64,000 nucleotides of DNA, taken from the NCBI GenBank assembly GCA_028534125.1, contig CM052817.1:44208001-44272000 (forward strand), written 5' to 3'. The stretch is from Lama glama (Eukaryota). Under the pieces are notes generated by a model. The model saw only the letters and a program-made list of their open reading frames with translations. It ran no database searches and was not told where the DNA came from. Positions within the stretch are counted from its first letter, which is position 1, and each line of letters starts with the position of its first letter. The position numbers and the translations under genes are program-made. Shown here in pieces: positions 25,605-37,950 of the stretch.

Positions 25605-26071
25605 TGGGCCTGGGACAGTTTTCCTTTTTTTTTTTTCTTTTCCATTTGAAGTATAGTCAGTTTACAATGTTGTGTCAATTTCTGGTGTACAGCATAATGT
25701 TTCCGTCATACCTATACGTACATATGTTCCTTTTCATATTCTTTTTCATTATAGGTTATCACAAAATATTGAATATACCCTGTGCTATACAGTAGAAACA
25801 AACTTATCGCTTTTATATGGAATAGTTACTATCTGCAAATCCCAAACTCCCAATTTATCCCTTCCCACTCCCCACCCCTGTAACCATAAGTTTTTCTATG
25901 TCTGTGAGTCTGTTTCTGTCTTGTAAATAAATTCATTTGTGCCTTTTTTTTAAGATTCCACACATAAATGATATCGTATGGTATTTTTCCTTCTTTCTCT
26001 GGCTTACTTCACTTAGAATGACAGTCTCCAGGTCCATCCATGTTGCTGCAAATGTGGGCCTGGGACAGTTT
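25605..26071 (-). mobile_element. Young 5'-truncated LINE-1 (3' end) with a perfect 17-bp TSD
   Basis: Poly(T) + TTGAAGTATAGTCAGTTTACAATGTTGTG...TCCATCCATGTTGCTGCAAATG; TSD tgggcctgggacagttt at 25605-25621 and 26055-26071. Confidence 0.9.
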
Positions 26072-26565
26072 AATTTTAACTTTCTTAAACTTCTTTTGAA
26101 GGTGGATGTAAATATTTAAAATGATCATAAGGCATTTAAAGTTAGGATCAGTGAACAGGATGAGTGACCTTGAAGAGCATGAACAATCTACGGGGACTGA
26201 GATGAACATGTAGGTATACACCAGGAAGTTTTAGGGATTAACAGCTTCCTTCAAATAAGGGCTTCCAGCAACTCAGAGAGAAGAGCCAAACGTGCTCGGC
26301 TTTATAAACTGAGTGTGTGTGTTTTATAAAAGTAAAACCTCACTGTGTTATTTTATAATTAGATCGTCAAGATTATATAAACCAGTTTCAGTGAATGAGT
26401 ACACAAGACTGACTTACAGCTAACAGCTTCTGTCTACATACAAACTATTAGACCAAAATCCTGAAAAAAAATATTTTATTTCTTAAGCAAGTTAAATATG
26501 TCTTTCTTCTACGTGGACATAAAAATTTGTTGTATATATTATCTAATTAGCTTATTTAGCAAACC

Positions 26566-26706
26566 CTGGCTGGAGAGAGGGTGACCTGAATTCCCCACTA
26601 GACTCCACTGAAATCACTATCATTATTCAGACTCAATACAGCCATTCTGCACCCAGCAGGCCACCCAACTCCAAGCAGCCTACAGGAAGACCCAGCCAAC
26701 GGACAA
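26566..26706 (+). repeat. 141-bp dispersed direct repeat, copy A (intron 3)
   Basis: Ungapped match to 29682-29822 with 8 mismatches, counted by eye. Confidence 0.95.
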
Positions 26707-27204
26707 AGACTCACAGGGCCTCAGATCGCGGCACTAGCATCGATGTTAAGATCCTGTGCCGGCTGGAAATTACAATTTCTCCAACTGATCTTTCATTAAA
26801 AATGCTTTCTTCACTTTGGGGTTTTAGGAACTGATACTACTGTTGCTAAAGCCACCAAAATACAGGATAACCTCCTATTATTACCACATCCCTCCTCCAG
26901 GCTTAAGCTTTCACAATGCCCTTCCTTAGATCCCCCACCTCAGAAGAGACTGAATGCAGTATCCCCCCGGAAGAGATCTGAGAGTATCTAGCGTAATTCC
27001 CTAAGAGTGAGATAAACTGCCAACGGCCCAAAGCTGGTCATCGGCACAATCTAGACTAAAACCCGGGTCTCTTAAATCTGGGCTGTGGCTTCTTGGGCAG
27101 AATCATATTGACTCTGAGTTTTCATTCAGATCTATAAGAATTTGAGGAAAAAGTCAAATATCCCAATCTGCCTAAGAGACTAGGAGAGCATGACAGATGC
27201 TCAT

Positions 27205-27712
27205 TCCAAACTCCTCTTACTTTGTAATGCCTTTTTTTGGGGAGGAGGAGGGCAGAGTTAAAAACAACAACAACAACAAAAACAAAACCAGAAAGTACAT
27301 TTTCCAGACTCTCTTGCAGCTAGTGTTCTGGATATGGTCTACTTTCTGCCAAGCGGAATGCAGCCATACAAGGCCTGGAAGCAGAGAGAGAGCAACACAA
27401 GGCAGAGGCCACATGCAGGGAGAGAGGTTCTTCTTGGAAATGATGGTGAGGCATTTGGTTACCTGGGACCCCAGGCAGAGGTTGTAGAGACCTCTCCCCA
27501 GTGTCACAGGTATATATAAGGTTGTTGGTGGCAGGGGTTCTGCTAACTGTCCTGTCAAGTGGGTGATTCTCTGGATTGCTTTTCCAGGTGGGAAAGCCCC
27601 CACCCTGGTTCCATGACTCTTCTGGAAAAATGCCCTAAGCTTATTCCTCGTAACAAATCCCTTTTCTGCTTATAGTACCTGGAATCAATTATACTAGATG
27701 ATTCTGACTCTA
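27205..27712 (+). mobile_element. ERVL-MaLR solo LTR (MLT1G/H-like)
   Basis: CATTTTCCAGACTCTCTTGCAGCTAG...TCTGCCAA...AACAAATCCCTTTTCTGCTTA. Confidence 0.55.
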
Positions 27713-27877
27713 AGAAAAACATTAGAAGAAAACTTCTCAAAGGACAAGAATATCTTATCTTTTAGGTGATAGGAGACCAAGCCCCATAACTAGCGAACAT
27801 TTTGTCTTTGCATTTACCCAGGATGGGTCCTGCTAGCTCCCCACCCATTTATATCCCCACGAAATCCCAAGAGGTAC

Positions 27878-28073
27878 CTGTCATCTTTATTTATCTGGTC
27901 TCCAAATCCCACGGTGTCAACGATGGTTAACTTCAGCCGTACATTGCTTTCCTGAAGCTCATAACTTCTGGCTTTTAACCGGACACCCGGTTCATTGTGA
28001 GTGGCTGGATCATTTTCAAATTTGGTGTTGAACAAAGTGTCCATTAACGTGGATTTGCCGATGCCTGTCTCAC
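27878..28073 (-). CDS. SEPTIN11: SEPT11 exon 3 (196 nt): (G)[64 protein letters not shown](S)
   Basis: Acceptor TCTAG|GTGAG, donor CAG|GTACCT; carries the P-loop and G3 motifs; phases match the neighbouring exons. Confidence 0.97.
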
Positions 28074-28589
28074 CTAGATGACCACAAGGAGGAAATCAGA
28101 GAACGTGTCAGTGTCTCTGAGACACCAGCTCACCAAGTTTTTCATAATCATGTTAGCAAAAAGTTTTTGAAAAGTCAGCATCCCCAGATATCCCCCCACA
28201 AAAAGACAGTTCTTTCTGTGGGCGATCTATGGGATACCTCCCTAGAAATGCCTTAATGAATCTGAAAAACCCTTTAGCCGAGAAAATCTTGAACTTACAG
28301 ATCAAGACGCTCTTCCTCACCTCTGAATAGAGAAATGGAACCCGTGTAAGCTTGCTTACAGTCAGTTTGTGGTCATTACAAAGATACAAATGCTGGTGTG
28401 TAAAACTCTTACTTTAAAATAAAAAACAACTATATTGCTGAGTTTCTGTTACCAGGAAAATTAAAAAGACCAATTCCATTTACACTGAATTATCTGATAC
28501 CCTCTAACGTTGTAGAAAAGAATTACATTTTTCAAAACAACAATCTTGACAAGCAGCAGCAGTGACAACTAACCCAGCTACAGCTGCGG

Positions 28590-28810
28590 GGCCCTGACTT
28601 TATGTCAGGTCTGGGGTGGGCACGACCTCATCTAAACCCTGGTACTTCTCCCCGTGAAGTAGGTCCTACTGTTTCCTCTCTTTTACAGATGGGGCACTAA
28701 GGCTTATATAGGGTACAAGTGACTTGCCTAAAGTCACGACCGTTGAGTGGCAGAGCCAGGGCTCTAACCCAAGTATGTGTGGCTCTGATACCCACATTCA
28801 ACCAACACAG
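28590..28810 (-). mobile_element. MIR SINE
   Basis: TTTTACAGATGGGGCACTAAGGCT...AAGTGACTTGCCTAAAGTCAC...GGCAGAGCCAGGG. Confidence 0.65.
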
Positions 28811-29681
28811 CAGTCTGACTTCACTATTACAGAGAAGGCTGACTGCCTGATATTTTCAGTTATGGTTATGAATCTGTGAGAATCCTCCCTATTATCTCCA
28901 TTTTTATTTCCCGATTCAGCAGATGGCAAGCATCTGTTAGATTTCCTAGTTTCAGGCTGATGTTTGTGACGATGAAACTGAATGATGTTAAATGACCTGC
29001 ACTGATGGCCTTGTTAATTCACACTGATCACTCAAGTCGGTAAGTGTTCACTGAGCCCCTAATATATGCAAAGCAGAGTGGCAGGTACCTGAAACCACTC
29101 TTTCCAATCAAACTGTTAGACTCAAATGTGGAGGCATGGAGAACTTTAGCCTGACCATCAAAATAAGACCAAGAAAAATCTTCTCTTAATACCGATTCTA
29201 ATGTTGAGTCAGAAATAGTTGGCAGTGAGAAAGAACCCACCCTTGTTGGTGATGGTGATGGTGGTAGTGGTTGAGTGTGTGATGGTAGAAAGCGGGGGTA
29301 GAAATCAAGAAACATTATCCATAGGAATACCTTTTTTTTAAATCTGGAAAATTTCCCAGTTAGATTTTCAGCTCAGTTTAAACATACCAATATACTGCAG
29401 CCCTTTTAACAAATCCCAATCCTACGATGTTCCTAGGAACAGTACCTCTCTTCTGAAGGATTTCCCTAATGACTTTTAGGATGTGATGATTCCATTGTTG
29501 GGGGGGAGGGGCAGCTCTGGGATTTGTAGCCATAGGGCAACTCTCCCACTGTAATGACAAAATCCACTTACTAATCCAGAGTCCTATATTACTCATTGCT
29601 TTCCAATGAAAGTGAAGTAGGTTTGAATCTTTCTGGATTTGATCTTTCCCTAATTAGAAGTCTTATGTGGTTCGCCACTCA

Positions 29682-29822
29682 CTGGCTGGAAAGAGGGTGA
29701 TCTGAATTCCCCACTAGACTCCACTGAAACCACTATCATTATTCAGACTCAACACAGCCATTCTGCACCCAGCAGGCCACCCAACTCCAAGCAGTCTACA
29801 GGAAGACCCAGCTGACGTACAA
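29682..29822 (+). repeat. 141-bp dispersed direct repeat, copy B (intron 2)
   Basis: Ungapped match to 26566-26706, offset 3116 nt. Confidence 0.95.
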
Positions 29823-32800
29823 GTACCTTTGCCTGACTCTTTAGCTTTTCCCATTGGTCCCAATACATCTAAGATCAAAGAATTTCCTCCTTTATCAGTC
29901 TTCATTCAGCCAGTATTTTCTTCCAGCTCTGTGCCAAGTTCTGGGAATACAACAATGAACTGCCCTGATACAGTGTGCTCCCATAGCTTAGACTCTGATC
30001 TGGAATATGACTGAATACCAGTCAGACTCTAATTTATTATTATGGGAATGATATTGTAAATTTCTGTCATAACCACATTCCTCTTCCTGGACTTTGCTAG
30101 TGACTACACGTAATTGGACCAGGGCTAGCCCTCTGCCCAGAGGCACCCATGAGAGCCCCATCATTATGCTGTGACAGTGCTCCAACCTGAACAATGACCT
30201 GCCTATCCAATCAGAATTTCTCTCTTTGGGAGTTCGAACCTGCAAACAGCACAATGGCATGAAAAAGAAAAGATATACTGAAAGAAGTGAATAAGCAAAT
30301 GTCAGGAGGCAGCAAAGACTGTAAATAAAGAGAGGACATGTTGGCAGATCATTAGCTGGGAATATAAGAGAAAGAGAGCAGATAGATAGAGTAGACATTA
30401 GTATCTGAAATTCATTCACTAATAATACTTGAGTATTTACTAAGTGACAAGCATAGGTGCTGGGGAGAAAATGGATAAAAAACAGCAAGTGATGCTCCTT
30501 GAACTCCTGTAAAACCCTGCGTGTCATTCCAGATCTCCAGGAAGTCTGGTGGTGTAGCCGTTGAGACTGTTTTCCTGTCTTCCTTACTTTCTTTAATCTG
30601 CTTACAAAAAGGCCCATCAATAAGAGAAATCTAAACTAGTCTTGGCTCCCTAACATGACACAGCTCAGCAAGCACATATCCACGACTCGCGGCTTAACAA
30701 AGTAACTCTGAGCAAAATGAAGTTATTATGCGCTGGCTGCAGAAACAAAACAGTGTTCTCACACACGCGATCCGTAGACTCTGGTGCGCAAGTCAATCCC
30801 GACAGGACGCCAGTCACTTCAAGTACTTGCTCTACGGGTATCTTTCTCAAATACAGCAAACTTCTTCCTAGGATTTACCTATTTTCTGAACAAGGAACAA
30901 TAGCAGAACTACCTTATGAAGGTTCCTCCATAAGATAAAGGTTCTATCAGTAGAAAGTGACTCATTTAACGTCCCTCTCTTCCCCTAAGAACCACAATAA
31001 AGACTTCAATTTACATGGCAAGGATTCCAGATTACCTGGACATACCTGACGTTACCATCTCATTTTACTAAGTTGCGAATTAGTTCAGCATCTGTGAATC
31101 AAGAACACCATGCTTTCTTCATTTTCTTTTTTTTTTTAAGGGAAGATAATTTTAATTATTATTTGCATTAAGGTGGAAATTATGAACAATTAGCATTCCA
31201 GGCCCTACTTAAAGCACAGGGTTAATCAGTGGGTTGGAAAAACCACTGCTCCTCTAAATTTCAGACTGCATTGCTTTCCATTTCTATGCTCTGCGCTTTT
31301 AAGAGCCTTAATTAGACACAGCTCCTCCAGCGGCAGTGCGAGTCACCAAAAGCAGTTCAGTAAGAAATGACAGCTTTTGGAATAAAAGGAATTCTAGGAC
31401 TAGGACAAGTTTCCAATGCGTTAGTTGTTGAGCTCAATCTCTAGCCTCAGAAAAGAAAGCATTTTCTATACTTTTGAGGACACACAAGAGCAAAGAGACT
31501 TCTTTTGAACTGAGTACCTGAAAGTCTGCTGGGCATAGGTTCCAATTTAAACCAAACAACCATAGAGATATTTTGAGAAAAATAATGACTAACAGCAATT
31601 TTGAAACATTTCAGAACTCCCTAGCAGAGCACCGGGCGCAGAGCACTGGGCACAGAGCAGGCGTTTAGCAAAAGTTAACTGAGAAAGAAAATGATCACGA
31701 CGATCATTTATACTGAGATGTGCCACGGTGGTAGATTTTACAGTGTTGTTTCTCCTGTTAAAATTCATCTGCCTAAACAGCTGTTCGAATCATTGGAGAT
31801 TTACTCCTGAAGTGCTGTCTGGGGCTTCTGCTTCTCCTTCTCCTGCCAAGGCTGGTGAACGTGACACCCACAGCCCAGGGGAAAGAAGGCAGGCCTGCCT
31901 CTTCCACTCTGTTCTCCAGCTTAGTTCAATCACAAGCTCTTCGTTGGATATTATTAAAAACAAAAACAAAACAGGACAAAAAAATTAGAGGATTGCATTA
32001 TTAATTAGAAGGTAACTGTAAACTGATCAAATCACTGATCTATGACTCAGCATTTTTTCCTCTGATTGCCAAGACTAGCTACTTGGCTGTTGATTTACAT
32101 AGTTGAGCATGAAGGTCTGTCTTCCTCCTCTCAATATTTTAGATTTTATTCTTGGATGGAGCCAGATAATCAGAGAGCTATGTCATGTTGTTTTAACTCC
32201 TCACGGAATCGCCTTTGATGAAATGTGCTTTGGCAAATACCACTAGCTGGTGTGAGGGACTTGAAAGACCAGCACGTGACACACAGTATCACGTGACTCG
32301 ATGGCACTGATTAGGGGACATTCAGGACCCTAGACATACATGGAGGGACATCCATTGCATGACTCTTCTGAAAACTCATGGGAGAGATTTTTCCAGGTGA
32401 ATTATATTCTCATCTAAAGCAACGGTTTTGTTTTCACTTGATAGCTACTACAAAGCTGTCATCATTAAACGTTCAACTTTTTTCTGGCACATAATATGTG
32501 TTCAGTAAATATCTATTGAATGAATGGGTCCCTGCGTGCTCTGACCACTGGCTGAGAGGTAAATGTGTTTCTGAGAATGAGCTGCTACAGGCAGGCCTGA
32601 TGGCTTTGAGTTCTGACTCTAACCTTTGCTTTCCTTTAATTTCTGGGATTGATTTTACCTGTACCACTTCATAGCCTTTCCTGGAAAAGCAAGATGGGAT
32701 AAAAATGTTCAAGATCTGACTGTAAAATTCCACAGTTGATGCTGACACTGTAGCCTTGGCTAAAGTGATTTTAAACTTGTCTGTTTTCTATTCCTCTTCT

Positions 32801-34479
32801 GCCCATCCCCTCAAAACAATTATAGTGAAATAATTTTGTTTTTAATTCTATTTTCAAAATGTGTTACTATTTACTTTAATCCTCCTAGTGAACTGGTTCC
32901 TCTTCAAAAGCAGGGATATCACAGTATTTTATCCAGCTGTTGAGGGAGGTGCACAAAGAACCAGCTGGACCAATGCTGGAGCTTCTCCTAGAACTGGGGT
33001 CATTTTGGAAAGTGAACAATTAAGATCTATACATTTAAAATTGTGGAGAAAGGCTGACTGAGAATTCAGATTCTTTGGAGAAATACAGCGTGAAATAAAG
33101 GGTGAAAAAGGCTTTATTTAAACCAAAATGCAGGTTTGGGGGTGAATTAGTGTGTTGTAGGTAGGATGGAAAGTAGGGGAACTATGAACTCTTGGGTGTC
33201 TTGTCCCTGATTTAGCATCAAGAATTCTCTTCCTGGCCAGGTGAACATTACTCTCCTGCTCTTTATGACGTTTCTTTCCAGGATTCAACAGAGGTAGGGT
33301 CTAATACCAGACATTAAATTCAGTGCCTCTACAATTAGACTAAGCTGTCAGCAGGATTTGTTTCTGCCCTGGTTTATTTCCTCTGTTTACAACCTAGATG
33401 TTCTCACCACAAAATATACAATTCTAAGACCTCTTTGAAAAACGTCATCAGTTTCCTTACTAGGCTCATAATTCTTTTTGTTAAATCCTCAATTCCCTTC
33501 CATATTGATCGCATGAAAAGAAAGTCATGATGCTGTAAACACCACACATGTGCATACTGTGTGAAAAATACAAACAGGAGGATGACAAGGAGAAAAGAAA
33601 GTACTGGGGAGACTCTTAAGGTAAATATGACACCTATTCCTCTAAGTGGCTGTCAAAATATTTTGGTCAACTAGAATGCTTTCTCATAGGTGCTTACTTT
33701 AAAAACAGACAGACAGTGAGAGTTGTTTTCTTATACAGATATTTTGCTGTAAAATATTTGGGAAGGGATTTGATGTGTCCTACCTTATGAGGATAAGCTT
33801 AATACTTAATGCTGACACCCTCTCTCCCCAAGAGCTAAAGTTGGCTCAAACCAGAGGTCTCCAGCCAAACCAAAGTGCCACAGAAAAGATATACTGGACA
33901 GCTGGATATACTGGCATGGAAGGATAGGCAGATCTTATGGAGTGGGGAAAAAAAATACAGAAGAATAGGAACAGCATGACCTCATTTGTGTAAAACCAAA
34001 ACAAAAAAAGTGCTTATGTAACTGTGAGAGACCTGTTTATGTCTGTCTAGTGTGCGCCTCTCCCATGCCCATTCTTTCTCCATGTCTTCTTTCCTATGGG
34101 AACCTCACGCGTCCCGGGGTGGACGAACCCCATCGCCTGCCCTGGGTGGGCATGACTCAGGCCTGGCTGAGCAGGAAGCCTGGTCAGGCGTGGCTGAGTC
34201 TCTCCTCGGGAGCTGCCGAGCTGGGAACACCACTAGAGGCCATACCACCTCCGCAAAGAAAAAGCCCAAACACGAAGCCAGGCAGAAGCCAGCAGGATCC
34301 AGAACCAGAGACAGAGCCCTGAAAGCACTCTGACTCCCTGGAGCCAGCTGTTCTTAATTACACAATTCAGTCTGTTACCTCTTCAGTGTGTTTTGGGGTT
34401 GCAGCAGAGCCTTAACTGAGTTTAAACTAGCTTTTTTGCAGTTCTCGGTGGAAAACCTCCAACTACAAGAACAGTTGGA

Positions 34480-34700
34480 GAGAGATGCATCATTGCTGGC
34501 TTCAAAGATGGAGGAGAGGGTCCCACAGTTAGGAGGGTGGGCCATCTGTGGCAGACAGAAAAGGCAAGGAAATGTCTTCTCCCCTTGAGGTTCCAGAAAG
34601 GAACACAGCCTTGGCGGATGCCTCAATTTTAGCCCAAAGAGACGCATGTGGGACTTCTACAGAACTGTAAGGTAATTAAGTGGTGGTGTTTTCAGCCTCC
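34480..34700 (+). mobile_element. ERVL-MaLR LTR fragment (MLT1D-like)
   Basis: CATTGCTGGCTTCAAAGATGGAGGA...AAAAGGCAAGGAAA...TCCAGAAAGGAACACAGCC...ATTTTAGCCCA...AGAACTGTAAG. Confidence 0.7.
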
Positions 34701-34884
34701 AAAAATAATTTCCAAGTACAGAAAAAAAATGTAGAAAGTTCCTAAGATTCCAGTGTTACCTCTGTAGAATGGAAATAAGGGTGGGACAGAAAAAGGGGAA
34801 ATATTTTATAGTATTTTAACAATATGTATGTATTGTTTTCAAGAGTTTGAAAAACTAATTTAAAAATGGTTAAGAATGGAACCA

Positions 34885-35060
34885 GTATAGCTCGGTGGTA
34901 GAGTGCATGCTTAGCATGCATGAGGTCCTGGGTTCAATTTTGTTAAAAAGAAAGGAAGGAACGAAGGAAAGGAAGGGAGGGAGGAAGGGAGGGAGGAAGG
35001 GAGGGAGGGAGGGAGGGAGGGAGGAAGGAAGGAAGGAAGGAACCAGAATAAAAATCTAAA
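34885..35060 (+). mobile_element. tRNA-Ala-derived SINE head followed by a (GGAA/GGGA)n microsatellite
   Basis: GTATAGCTCGGTGGTAGAGTGCATGCTTAGCATGCATGAGGTCCTGGGTTCAAT, then a purine repeat at about 34950-35042. Confidence 0.8.
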
Positions 35061-36929
35061 AATCTTAGGTATTATCACCCATCCAGGAGGGTCAGAATAG
35101 TTGCTGCTTGACAAACCCAACAGCACAGCATGGATGGAATTCCAACCAGTATGGTGATTGTGCTAGTAACACAAGGGTCAGTCAATGAGCCAGCACAGCC
35201 CACTGCACACCACACACCCAGTCAAACCAGGCCCTTTCAGCCCAACCCCACTGGAAGGCTTTATCCGACTTGCAGGGGCTGGGACAGAGCTCTCACATGG
35301 ATTCCTGAGGCTGATTCTGACGACAGGGCTAGGGGAAGACAGCAGAGAAGCTGGAATAGTAATTGGCCTACCATTTAGCACACTTTTCAATAGAAAATCA
35401 ACAAATTGCCAACAAATTGCTATGCTAATCCAGAACAGCCAGCTCTGCAGTGAGCATTTATCAGAAGAGAAAAGACAACTCATTTATGCCACTCTGGAGA
35501 ACTAGCTGCCATTCATTCAGGAGGTCCCCTGCTGAATTTTAATCGGCTTCATGGAGGGAAAAGGGGAAAGTGGGAGAGCTGGTGGCTGTGGTCAGGTTTG
35601 TCTCCAGTCAGTCTCTACCCAGGGCTGGAGACACAAGGCCGGACAGCGAGCCGTCTGTAGCGCGAGTCAGCCATGGCCCTCAGTGCAGGGGCTACATTCA
35701 GTGTGTTCCTTGTGGAGATTTTCAAAAAGGATACTATTTGCCCCTCCCCCAACAACTAACCAAGTAAAAAATGGTGGTTCTTGCACTGAACACACACCTT
35801 TTCTGAATTCACTTCATTTTAGACAAGAGAAGCCAAGCCAGGTCCACTCTGCCAAGCTTGGGGGAAGGATACATACAGAAAGCATATGGGCGACATGCAG
35901 AATTCCTTTTTTTGTTTGACCTGAAGTCAGTGCCCAGAGGACCAGCGCATCCAAACAGTGCAGCCTGAGCCACCTCACTGCTGTTTAGCCTGGTCACTCA
36001 TCAGAAGGGACGGGGAGGGCGAAGGAAAGGCCACTATCTGTTCCAGGGTCATATCTGCTTCAGAGCAGCAGGAGATTCCTGTTTCTGTTTTCCCCTCTTT
36101 CCTCACCTTCTTTTTTACCTTCCTTCTCTTAATTTAAAAAAGATACGGCTAGAGAAGATGATGACAATACCAAGGCCAGAGGCCTAGGCTGACGCATGAC
36201 ATTTAAAGGGTATGAATAAAACACACTGAGGATGAACTGCGTAAGTAAGATCTCTTGGCCTTTTCCATACATCTCCTGGGAATAAAGTGAGGTCAATTTC
36301 AGATTCTGATTTAAGGACAAAAGGTTAATTTAATAATTCAGGCAGAAATTTATTTCAAATATAAAATAGAATTTTAAGTTGTCTTTTGCACTAAAAGCAA
36401 ACTTTTTTAACATTGTAAGGTTACTAAAGTAGTTAGAGCAGTTTCAGATTTCACTCACTATAGGTAGCATATCTTTAAAAAGACTTTAATGGAGGTGACT
36501 ACTGCACACAGTCAGAGAAACAGAAACAAATTCTTAAAATGCTTTTCAGTGATCCTCCTATGTATGTACATTTCTGTTCCTTCTTCCAACTTCCTTTAGT
36601 CTGGTTAGGGTCTAAGTCCTTCCCTCCACCAAAAATTCAAATAAGTGGCTAAATAACAATGTTAAACTACTTGCTTGACTGTATGATGCAAATAAAAATA
36701 ATAATTAAAATAATAATTTAAGTAACACCACAAAGCTCACAAAGCATCTACCTAAATATAATCTCAGTCTTTGTAACTATGTGACCTACACGGAGTGGGT
36801 ATTATTGCCCTGCTTTACTAATAATGAAAGAGTAAAAATACCATTTCCCGAAACACACCCCTCTGACAGTCACGTGCCAACACTTAAAGAGTCAGACTCC
36901 TTGCTTGGAGCAAGGGATGAGTCACTCAC

Positions 36930-37044
36930 CAACACACAGGATGTTGAAACAGAATCCTTGAGAAGTGGACTTGTTGACCAGCTGGTCGGGAAGACTGTCA
37001 AATCCAACATGGCCAGAAAGGGACAAGTTTCGAAGGTCTTCATT
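36930..37044 (-). CDS. SEPTIN11: SEPT11 exon 2 (115 nt): [38 protein letters not shown](G)
   Basis: Acceptor TTCCAG|AAT, donor TTG|GTGAGT; translation lies in ORF 36922..37248. Confidence 0.96.
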
Positions 37045-37950
37045 CTGGAATTTCAGAGGGAAAGATTTGAGAACCTGTGATGATGCCACCTGGGGACCCC
37101 TCCCTCTCCCATCCTTTCTCCTTGACATGCATGAAAACAGTGACCCCCCTGTGTCCACACCCTCCCTGGCTTCTACACAACCGAAACTGCCAACAACTCC
37201 AGACCACGCTCTCCCTACAAAATCACACCGACTCCCAGAGCAGACCATCTCCCACGCAGCTCAGGTCCTGCTACAGGTGCCCTGGTCCCACGGAAATGAG
37301 CTTCTAGAGGTGGCTGCTGTTTCAGATACATGTTAAGTGACAAAAACTCCAACCACTTCCATTTACTTCCAATCCATGAGGGAAAAATAAATGACACTCT
37401 CCCAGATACAGGAAGGAGATTTAAGGAGCTCACAGCGGAGGACGCAAACCATTATGGAAATCCTATAACCACCGTAATGAACATATTGAAAAGAATGCAA
37501 TGTAGGACTTGATCCCTTCTCCTCCGTGAGCTGTACGGGTTCTTGGGGGCCCCTCTGTTCTCCCCCACAGCTCCAAGCACAGGTTCTGCATTCCCTGCAC
37601 CTTCTGACTCTACTGAAGGAGACTGGGCTAAGGTAGTTATCATATATTTAAAAAGCTGGGTGATTTATGCGGTTTTGTAAGATGGTGCTGATAGCCTCTG
37701 CAACACACCTGTGGGTACTGGAGATCTGCGAAATCTTTCTTTGCCAAGAAAACAGAGGTCAGCTGTGGTTCTTCAATTAAATACCACAGTGATGGTCTGG
37801 AATTCTAGAAACTAGATATAGAAAACCTCCCTAAAAACAAGACTCTTGGTGTCTGGCTGTGTTGTCAGTGAACTTTAAATTCAAGATGCTAAATTTGGGG
37901 TGAGAATCAGCCTCAAATTCCCATTTTTAATTAAAAAATAAAAGGGCTTT

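Noticed and set aside
29988..30620. Longest ORF in the track (210 aa, minus strand)
   Set aside because: Low-complexity hydrophobic translation of pyrimidine-rich intronic, partly L2/LTR-like sequence; no recognisable domain.
30717..30938. ORF with CAGC...TVFSH, reminiscent of RPS27
   Set aside because: Similarity is limited to a few residues. No second CxxC, no nucleotide-level resemblance, poly(A) or TSD; likely chance.
31624..31660. Short tandem (CAGAGCACYGGGCR) x2.5
   Set aside because: Local slippage in an old repeat end; no spacers, so not CRISPR-like.
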